Shown piece after piece: positions 56,908 through 64,000 of a DNA stretch of 64,000 bases. Both the position numbers and the translations under genes were made by a program. The DNA comes from Pirellulales bacterium. GTDB lineage: Bacteria > Planctomycetota > Planctomycetia > Pirellulales > PALSA-1355. The notes under the pieces were generated by a model. It did not search any database. It had not been told where the DNA came from and worked only from the letters and a program-made list of their open reading frames with translations. The stretch lies in NCBI GenBank assembly GCA_041741015.1, contig JBGSKX010000136.1:5525-69524 (forward strand). The letters run 5' to 3'. The stretch's first letter is position 1, and each line of letters opens with the position of its first letter.

Positions 56908-56952
56908 AGAATAAAGCGAGGCCGCGTCCTCCCAGGGTGAGAACGCGGCCTC
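56908..56952 (-). terminator. terminator hairpin downstream of the 56985..57677 gene
   Basis: Perfect 10-bp stem gaggccgcgt/acgcggcctc, 15-nt loop. On the minus strand it is followed by GCTTTATTCT. Confidence 0.6.
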
Positions 56953-56984
56953 TATAGGTTTTCGGCAGGCGGCCGTGCTAGCTG

Positions 56985-57677
56985 TTAGCCGTAGTGCGAG
57001 TCGATGCCCAGACGAATCTTGAGCTGTTCGAACTGCTGGCGGTACATCTCACTCGAGGAATGCACGTGCTCAGCCTCGGTGATAAACCGCATTTGATCGT
57101 TGCACGGCACGTCGCGATCTTGCAAGATCTGCTCATATTCGTCCAGGTCTTCGCCATAGACGATCAGCAGCTTGTGTTCGTCAAACTGCACTTCCTGGGG
57201 AATGCCGGGGTTCAAGACGGCGATGCCCGTGCAGCCGTCGTTCACCAACAGATCCTCAAAGTCGTACAGTGTGCTCTTGAGCACCGGCATGTCGATGTGT
57301 TCTCGGTAGAGGTCGACATGCCCTTTTGCGTTGCGGTCGTGGCTGGTTTCCAGCACAACGTCCACGACGCCTCCCAGCGGGTCGAGCAACTCCATGAACA
57401 CCTCAAACAGATGCTCGCGAGAGGCGGCGCTCATTAGCACCGGCACGCTCGAACGGTTCTCCTCATCGCGGTAGACATCGTGGCGATAGCCTTGCGACGG
57501 TACGACCTGCAAGTCGTACGACGGACGCACGGCGCCAGTCAGGGCAAATTTGCCGTACCGCGAAACGCCCAGATGAGCCTCGAGCTCATCGCTGCTGAGC
57601 CGGTCGAAGCTGCTGGTCGTGTGTGGCGCGACTTCGTCGCGGAACACGTTGCGGAAGAATTTCTTCAGGAACCCCAT
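56985..57677 (-). CDS. conserved-looking hypothetical protein (230 aa)
   Basis: Coding-like codon usage. Start refined to the ATG at 57677 (MGFLKKFFRNVF). No family recognised. Confidence 0.5.
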   Translation of the reverse strand: MGFLKKFFRNVFRDEVAPHTTSSFDRLSSDELEAHLGVSRYGKFALTGAVRPSYDLQVVPSQGYRHDVYRDEENRSSVPVLMSAASREHLFEVFMELLDPLGGVVDVVLETSHDRNAKGHVDLYREHIDMPVLKSTLYDFEDLLVNDGCTGIAVLNPGIPQEVQFDEHKLLIVYGEDLDEYEQILQDRDVPCNDQMRFITEAEHVHSSSEMYRQQFEQLKIRLGIDSHYG

Positions 57678-57976
57678 ATCGGCGAAACCTCGGAAGCGTT
57701 TGCGAATCGATGTTTGGCTTGGTGTTTTCGCGTGGATCTCGCGTTTAACCAAAAACTCTTCAGGAAAACATAGGTTACGCCGACCCGTGTGCAGTCTTTG
57801 CCCAGCGAGCCGTCAGCAAGATTTTCTCGTCCGCATCCGGCGGACGGCAGAAACGTCACAATCGCGCATCCTGCCATGGCTGGCAGGAGTGGGGCCGAGA
57901 GGGTTCCGGCCGCTTTCCGCGGGAAAAGCCGGGTGTCCTCTGCCGCGGAGCCGGGACACCACAAATCTAACCCACG

Positions 57977-58152
57977 CCCTGGCGCCCGCCCCTGGTGCGG
58001 CACACGAGCGCAGGGTTTTCATCCCCTCCCTGGCGCACGACCTGCCGAACATGCGAAGTTTGCCTGCGGCAAGGTCAACCAGACTCCTCTTCTCCCCCCA
58101 GCACACCAACTTGCTCGTGCGGCATGCGGCAAGTTATTCCCATCCCTGGCGC
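57977..58152 (+). repeat. reiterated short motifs CCCTGGCGC (x3) and TGCGGCA (x4) in a long intergenic region
   Basis: CCCTGGCGC at 57977, 58028 and 58144. TGCGGCA at 57996, 58065, 58118 and 58125 (the last two are in tandem). All copies are on the same strand. Confidence 0.7.
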
Positions 58153-58286
58153 CATCTCCTCGTCTGGCCAAGACCCCGTGGGTGGCATCGGCGGCACCGC
58201 CAGGCATAGAATCTGTTTGGTAGAAGTGAGCGGCGATTGCCGCACCGCCTTCAATCTCTACGCACCTGTACCCAAGCCGGCCACTC

Positions 58287-59831
58287 ATGTCGATAAAACG
58301 CGATTTCCTCTCGGGTGGACACTTTTTTGCGCTCCTGTGCGCCTGGTGCCTTGCACTTAGCGGCTGCCAGCCTGTCGCCGAGTCCGACTCGACACACTCC
58401 TCAGCGACCGCTGCGGAGCAACAACACGCCGAGACGATCTGGGAAAGTTTCTACCTGCAAGGCGCAAAGATTGGCTACGGCCAGACGATGGTTCGCCCCG
58501 TGACGCGCGATGAGCAAAGCTTGATTCAAACCGAATCGCTGAATCATCTGTCAATCACCCGCTTCGGTCAGACGTCCAAACAAGATTTGCAGATGAGCTC
58601 GCTGGAAACCGCCGACGGCAAGCTGATCGAGTTTCAGACCGTGGTTTCGTTCGGCCCCGTGCCAACCGTTGTGACCGGCAAGGTCGTGGGCGACAAGCTC
58701 CAGCTCACGACCGCCACGCAGGGACAAAAGCAGGCCAGCAGCATGCCCTGGTCCACGGACATCAGTGGGTTCCGCGCGGTCGAGAACTCTCTGGCCCGTC
58801 AGCCGCTCAGGGCCGGTGAGAAACGGTCGTTGCGGATGCTGATGCCGCTGGTCAACCAGGTGGCCGACGTGGAACTCGCGGCGAAGGAGATCGAAGAAAC
58901 CGAGATTCTCGGCGTCAAGACTCGCCTGCTCCGCGTGGAAAGTGTTTCGAGGCTGCCAGGGCAAGCCATGGCAGCAACACTCTGGTTGGATGCTGCCGGT
59001 GAAGTCCTCAAGTCGCACGTCACGGCCCTCGACCAGCTTTCCGTTCGGTCGACCGAAGCACTGGCCAAGGCACCCGGCGGCGAAGCTGACAAACTCGACC
59101 TGGGTGTGGATTTGTTCGTCAAAGTCCAGCCACCGTTGGCCAAGCCTCACCAAAGCCAAGAAGTGGTCTATCGCGTGGAGTTGGCCAATGCGGATCCGAC
59201 AGAGGTCTTTGCCGACGGACTGACGCAAAAGGTGAGATCGCTCGGGCCGCACACAGCCGAGATCACGGTGACCCGCCGCAGCCCGCTCGCGGAGCGCAAT
59301 GGTATGGAAAACCACGAGGGGGCTCCGGCCGAGTACTTGACCGCAAACAGCATCCTGCAGCTTGAGGACGCGCGGCTTAAGCAGATGGCCGCCGAGGCCA
59401 AGGGAGATGCGACTGCGCCGGCGAAAGTCGCCATCAATTTGGAACAGTACGTGCATGGCGCGATGAAGCAGCACGACTTCTCGCAGGGATTCGCTACCGC
59501 CGCTGAAGTGGCCGAGTCGCGCGCCGGCGACTGCACCGAGCATGCCGTGCTGCTGGCGGCCCTGGCACGCATCAACGGCATCCCCTCGCGCGTCGCAATC
59601 GGGCTGGTCTACGTCGAGGCCGCCGCTGCGTTCGGATACCACATGTGGACCGAGGTATTCCTGGACGGCCAGTGGATTCCGCTCGACGCCACGATTGGCC
59701 GCGGCGGTACGAGTGCCGCATACCTCAAGCTGAACGACTCCAGCCTCGAAGGGGCGAGCGCCTACAGCAGCTTCCTCTCGGTCGCCCAGGTATTGGGGCA
59801 ACTGAAAGTCAGCGTCGTCTCGACGAAGTAG
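58287..59831 (+). CDS. transglutaminase-like domain lipoprotein
   Basis: Lipobox LALSGC. C-terminal transglutaminase core GDCTEHAVLLAALARINGIPSRVAIGLVY...GYHMWTEV...DAT. Confidence 0.75.
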   Translation: MSIKRDFLSGGHFFALLCAWCLALSGCQPVAESDSTHSSATAAEQQHAETIWESFYLQGAKIGYGQTMVRPVTRDEQSLIQTESLNHLSITRFGQTSKQDLQMSSLETADGKLIEFQTVVSFGPVPTVVTGKVVGDKLQLTTATQGQKQASSMPWSTDISGFRAVENSLARQPLRAGEKRSLRMLMPLVNQVADVELAAKEIEETEILGVKTRLLRVESVSRLPGQAMAATLWLDAAGEVLKSHVTALDQLSVRSTEALAKAPGGEADKLDLGVDLFVKVQPPLAKPHQSQEVVYRVELANADPTEVFADGLTQKVRSLGPHTAEITVTRRSPLAERNGMENHEGAPAEYLTANSILQLEDARLKQMAAEAKGDATAPAKVAINLEQYVHGAMKQHDFSQGFATAAEVAESRAGDCTEHAVLLAALARINGIPSRVAIGLVYVEAAAAFGYHMWTEVFLDGQWIPLDATIGRGGTSAAYLKLNDSSLEGASAYSSFLSVAQVLGQLKVSVVSTK

Positions 59832-59843
59832 GTATCAGGGAAC

Positions 59844-60893
59844 CTATTCCGGCAGATTCAGATCGGCGATATAGAGCTGGCTCGAGTGGTCCGCCGAGCG
59901 ATTGCTCGTCCACATCAGTTGCTTGCCGTCTGGCGAAAACACCGGCAGCACGTCGGCCGCCGGATGATCCGTGATTCGCTCGACCGGTCCCGGCACGATC
60001 TTGCCGTCTTTCACGTCGTACTTCATCAGCCACAGATCGTAGTTCGGCCGGGCGTTCGGATCGGTGTGATCCGCCCCGGTCCAGATGATGTAAGGCTTGG
60101 TGGGATGCCAGTAGGGTGCCCAATTGACGCCGATGTTGTCGGTCAGCGCGACGTCGTTCTTGCCGTCGATGCCAATCGCGTGAATCTGCAACATCTCGGG
60201 CCGCTTGCGGTCGGTGCGGTAGATCACCCACTTGCCGTCCGGCGAGATGAACGGCCCGCCATCGTAGCCGGGCTCATTGGTCAGTTGACGCAAGCCCGTG
60301 CCGTCGGAGTTCATTACGTACAGATCGGGATCGCCGTCCCGGTCGCTGCAGAAAGCGATCAGCTTGCCGTCAGGCGAATACGCCCCTTCGGCGTCATAGC
60401 CCTTGGCGTCGGTCAGCCGCTTGAGATTCTTGCCGTCCAGATCGCCTTCGAAGATTTCCGTGTAGGGGTCGAAGTCCCACGAATAGCGCCGGCGGCGTCC
60501 GCTCGCGGCGTCTTCGGCCTGCTGCTTACGTTCCTTCTCTTCGGTCTCCGAGAGGTTCGGATCGAGATGGCTCGAAGCGAACAGGATCTTCTTGCCATCC
60601 GGCGAGAAGTAACTGCACGTCGTCCGGCCGCGGCCGGTGCTGATCAGTTGTGGCTCACCGCCGGCCAGCGGCTGCTTGTAGATTTGGTAGAACGGATAGC
60701 CCTTGGGTACCGCCTGGTAGACGATCGTCTTGCCATCTGGCGAGAAGTAGCCCTCGCCGGCCTTGACCATCCCAGAGGTGAGCTGCTTGATATTGCCCAG
60801 ATGTTTGGCTTCGACCTTTGACTCCTCGGCGAAGCTGTTCGAACTGAGAATTAACGCAGCCACCAGGGCCAACGGCGCGCACCGAGTCAGCAT
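59844..60893 (-). CDS. PD40/TolB-like beta-propeller repeat protein, secreted
   Basis: Five SPDGK-type repeats (FSPDGKTIVY, FSPDGKKILF, YSPDGKLIAF, ISPDGKWVIY, FSPDGKQLMW). Start refined to the ATG at 60893 ahead of the signal peptide. Confidence 0.75.
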   Translation of the reverse strand: MLTRCAPLALVAALILSSNSFAEESKVEAKHLGNIKQLTSGMVKAGEGYFSPDGKTIVYQAVPKGYPFYQIYKQPLAGGEPQLISTGRGRTTCSYFSPDGKKILFASSHLDPNLSETEEKERKQQAEDAASGRRRRYSWDFDPYTEIFEGDLDGKNLKRLTDAKGYDAEGAYSPDGKLIAFCSDRDGDPDLYVMNSDGTGLRQLTNEPGYDGGPFISPDGKWVIYRTDRKRPEMLQIHAIGIDGKNDVALTDNIGVNWAPYWHPTKPYIIWTGADHTDPNARPNYDLWLMKYDVKDGKIVPGPVERITDHPAADVLPVFSPDGKQLMWTSNRSADHSSQLYIADLNLPE

Positions 60894-61152
60894 TTCATGC
60901 TCCTGAAAGTTTCTGGTTCGCGAAGTCACCGCGGATCGAAAAGGTCGGGAATGGCAAGTTAGGAGGCAGGCATGCCGGGAACAAACGTGCGACCCGGCGG
61001 CTCGCGCGTCCGCTATCCCATTATATCCAGCCACTTGCCGAGCGGCAGGCTTCGCCAGCTTCAACCAGCAAGGCTATTGTCCGCGGGCTGCAAAGGATAC
61101 GATTGCAGCGGAATTACGATCCGTTTCCGACTCGATCGACGCGACCCATCCC

Positions 61153-61704
61153 ATGAAGATCTACACCAAAACTGGCGACCAGGGCGACACCGGACTCTTC
61201 GGCGGGCCGCGCGTGGCAAAAAACGACGCCCGAATCGAGGCCTACGGCACCGTCGACGAACTCAACAGCCTGCTCGGCGTTGCCCGAACGTTTGAACTTC
61301 CGGCGGAGATGGATCGGCTTGTCGAGCGCATCCAGAACGAGCTGTTTTCGCTGGGCGCTCAACTCGCGACCCCAGACCCGACGGCCCATCAAACCGCGCT
61401 CGTCGGGCCAACTCAGATCGCGGCGCTCGAATCGGCCATCGACGACTACGAAGCAGGACTCGAGCCGCTCAGGCAATTCATCCTTCCCGGTGGGACGACG
61501 GCCGCGGCGCACTTGCACCTGGCGCGCACGGTGTGCCGCAGGGCCGAGCGGCGGCTCGTGTCGCTCGTACAAACTTCACCGCAGCCCGTTGCCGCCGATC
61601 TGGTGATCTATCTCAATCGGCTCAGCGATCTCTTGTTCGTGCTCGCCAGGGCCGCGAACCGTGCGGCCGGCTCGCCCGACGTGCCGTGGCAGAAGCCCTC
61701 GTAG
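61153..61704 (+). CDS. PduO-type ATP:cob(I)alamin adenosyltransferase
   Basis: MKIYTKTGDQGDTGLFGG...R..K...RIEAYGTVDELNS signature. Confidence 0.85.
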   Translation: MKIYTKTGDQGDTGLFGGPRVAKNDARIEAYGTVDELNSLLGVARTFELPAEMDRLVERIQNELFSLGAQLATPDPTAHQTALVGPTQIAALESAIDDYEAGLEPLRQFILPGGTTAAAHLHLARTVCRRAERRLVSLVQTSPQPVAADLVIYLNRLSDLLFVLARAANRAAGSPDVPWQKPS

Positions 61705-61927
61705 TCAGGCGTTGCTTCCGGACTGACACTTACCTGCTGCCTGACAGGCTTTACGGACTGGGACCAGCCCGGTAGTCTTTCTGCTTGTTGGTGCAGCAGC
61801 CGAGCGCAATGTTTGGGCGTGACGCTCGTTTGCCACGCATCGAATCAGGGGGCTTTTGTTGGTTTTAGGCGGACCGACTCAATGCCATAGGCGGACTTCT
61901 TTCTATTCATCTTGGGAGAGATATGCG

Positions 61928-63349
61928 ATGAGTGGACCAAGAATGTTGGCGGCGGCGGTATGCGCTGGATTTCTATTTGTCGGCCTGCTGCCGGCAGTTT
62001 CTCTTGCTCAGGACGCTCCGCCGCCGGCGAAACCGACCGAGGTGATTGTCCCCACGCCGGCCGAAGAGCCGGAGCTTTCGCGGGGCGACAACGCCTGGAT
62101 GCTCATCTCGTCGGCGCTCGTGCTGATGATGACGGCGCCTGGCCTTGCCATGTTTTACGGCGGGCTGGTCCGCCGCAAGAACATCCTCAGCGTGCTGATG
62201 CAGTGCGTGTTCTTGATGGGCCTGATGACCGTCATCTGGGCGATTTACGGATACTCACTCTGCTTCGGCGGCACACGCCCCTGGATTGGCGACGGCACCT
62301 ACTTGTTCATGCGAAACGTCGAGCCGTATTGGACCGAGGCCGGGCCGAAGATTCCGATGTTCTCGACTGGGATCCCGCTGCTGACGCACATGCTCTTTCA
62401 GGGCATGTTCTTTATCATCACGCCGGCCCTCATCTGCGGCGCGTTTGCCGAGCGGATGAAGTTCAGTTCGATGGTTGTGTTCTCGGTCCTCTGGGGCACG
62501 TTCGTCTATTGCCCGCTGGCTCACTGGGTCTGGGGTGGCGGCATCCTCGCTTACCACGTACCGAACGCCGAGAACTGGGGCGGCGGCGCGCTCGACTTCG
62601 CCGGTGGCACAGTTGTGCATATCAGCTCCGGCGTCTCGGCGCTGATTTGTGCCCTCGTGATCGGTAAGCGGGCCGGCTATGGCACCGAACCCATGCCGCC
62701 ACATAACCTGACTTACACCGCCGCGGGCGCGGCCCTGCTGTGGGTGGGCTGGTTTGGCTTCAATGCCGGCAGCGCGCTGGCAGCCGACGGGATTGCCGCC
62801 AGCGCCTTTGCCGCGACTCACTTTTCGGCCGCCGCTGGCGCCGTTACCTGGCCCCTGCTCGAATGGATCCTCCGCGGCAAACCCACTCTGCTGGGCGCCT
62901 GTTCGGGTGCGGTGGCGGGCCTCGTCTGCATCACTCCCGCCGCTGGCTATGTCACGGCGATGCCGGCCCTGGCGATGGGTGCGGCCGCCGGAGCGGTGTG
63001 CTATTTCGCCTGCACATCCCTCAAGATGGCATTCAAGTACGACGACTCGCTCGACGCCTTCGGCGTGCACGGTGTCGGGGGAACTTTGGGCGCCATCCTG
63101 ACGGGCGTATTTGCCACCCGAGCCGTCCAGGACCTCAATGGCGGCGAGCCGCTGGGGTTGATCGAGGGGGGGACCCTGATCAAGGGGCAACTCATCGCCA
63201 CGGCCATCACCTGGGTCGTGGCCGCCCTGGCGAGCTTCGTGCTGCTCAAGCTGCTCGACGCGACGATGGGACTCCGCGTGCCCACCCAGGAAGAATTGCA
63301 GGGATTGGACCTGACTCAGCACGGGGAAGAGGGCTACATTTTCATGTAG
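61928..63349 (+). CDS. amt: ammonium transporter
   Basis: Signal peptide then an 11-TM Amt core: DNAWMLISSALVLMMT.PGLAMFYGG, LDFAGGTVVHISSG, FGVHGVGGTLGAILTG. GGGAGAG SD before the ATG at 61928. Confidence 0.9.
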   Translation: MSGPRMLAAAVCAGFLFVGLLPAVSLAQDAPPPAKPTEVIVPTPAEEPELSRGDNAWMLISSALVLMMTAPGLAMFYGGLVRRKNILSVLMQCVFLMGLMTVIWAIYGYSLCFGGTRPWIGDGTYLFMRNVEPYWTEAGPKIPMFSTGIPLLTHMLFQGMFFIITPALICGAFAERMKFSSMVVFSVLWGTFVYCPLAHWVWGGGILAYHVPNAENWGGGALDFAGGTVVHISSGVSALICALVIGKRAGYGTEPMPPHNLTYTAAGAALLWVGWFGFNAGSALAADGIAASAFAATHFSAAAGAVTWPLLEWILRGKPTLLGACSGAVAGLVCITPAAGYVTAMPALAMGAAAGAVCYFACTSLKMAFKYDDSLDAFGVHGVGGTLGAILTGVFATRAVQDLNGGEPLGLIEGGTLIKGQLIATAITWVVAALASFVLLKLLDATMGLRVPTQEELQGLDLTQHGEEGYIFM

Positions 63350-63371
63350 CGGGCCTGGGTTCATGGTTTGA

Positions 63372-63818
<447 letters not shown>

Positions 63819-63921
63819 AACGTAACGCTTGAACAGATAGATCTTACCCGACGCTTTTGGGCTCAGCGCGACCTTGGCGGAGCGCGCCAGACCAGCCTTT
63901 GCGACTACCCAGCGACGACGC

Positions 63922-64000
63922 ATGACCATACCTACGTTTCGGCCCTCCGTGTTGGCCGCGCGCGAGCGGTTGGCCGCCGACCGCCAGCAAATCCGCCAGC
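63922..64000 (+). CDS. 5' end of an ORF running off the window, possibly [protein-PII] uridylyltransferase GlnD
   Basis: The ATG at 63922 opens MTIPTFRPSVLAARERLAADRQQIRQ. Its position after amt-glnK and this N-terminal style fit GlnD, but only 26 codons are visible. Confidence 0.3.
   Translation, partial: MTIPTFRPSVLAARERLAADRQQIRQ

Noticed and set aside
57753-58286. A known structured RNA (RNase P, tmRNA, SRP/4.5S, 6S) or a CRISPR array in the long GC-rich intergenic region.
   Set aside because: No GGAAAGUCCGG-type RNase P core, no tmRNA 3' tRNA-like end (GGUUCGAnUCC..CCA) and no SRP GGAAGCAGCC motif on either strand. The repeated 7-9-mers are irregularly spaced and far too short for CRISPR repeats.
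60894-61152. Possible cobalamin riboswitch upstream of the PduO-type adenosyltransferase (GGGAAC...CCCGGCGGC, AGCCACTTGCC, and a CCTGCC on the opposite strand).
   Set aside because: The fragments do not occur in the order or on the single strand required for the B12 riboswitch core (GGGAA..GGTG..CCGCCACTG followed by the AGYCAGGAGACCKGCC box). They are only loose resemblances.

Overview
GC-rich bacterial chromosomal segment, densely coding on both strands (about 52 CDS). The gene content includes four DUF1501 paralogues, a DUF1549/DUF1553 protein, a BBP7-like barrel, a TPR-GT9 fusion, and PD40 and PQQ propellers. This points by inference to Planctomycetota, probably a Pirellulales-like organism. 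Recognisable housekeeping genes: yqgE/algH-like, arfB, sthA, rsmA, ribE, pssA, psd, trpB, trpA, glyQS, priA, nadD, a PduO-type cobalamin adenosyltransferase, and amt-glnK followed by a probable glnD 5' end. There is also an ABC ATPase and an MFP-RND efflux pair. I recognised no rRNA, tRNA, CRISPR array, transposase, integrase or phage gene. The many long antisense ORFs in the track are high-GC artefacts. Most notable observations: (1) a 1168-aa FAAL - carrier protein - alpha-oxoamine synthase fusion (23963-27469) predicted to make a long-chain alpha-amino ketone or sphingoid-like lipid precursor; (2) an orphan CsrA with a roughly 70-residue C-terminal extension and structured flanks; (3) a secreted protein with about 18 cysteines; (4) an intrinsic terminator facing the + strand in an intergenic region flanked only by minus-strand genes, a candidate sRNA; (5) a 16-nt motif in inverted orientation bracketing an esterase gene; (6) a 534-nt GC-rich non-coding region with reiterated short motifs. 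All functional calls rest on motif recognition by eye, and none has been checked against a database.
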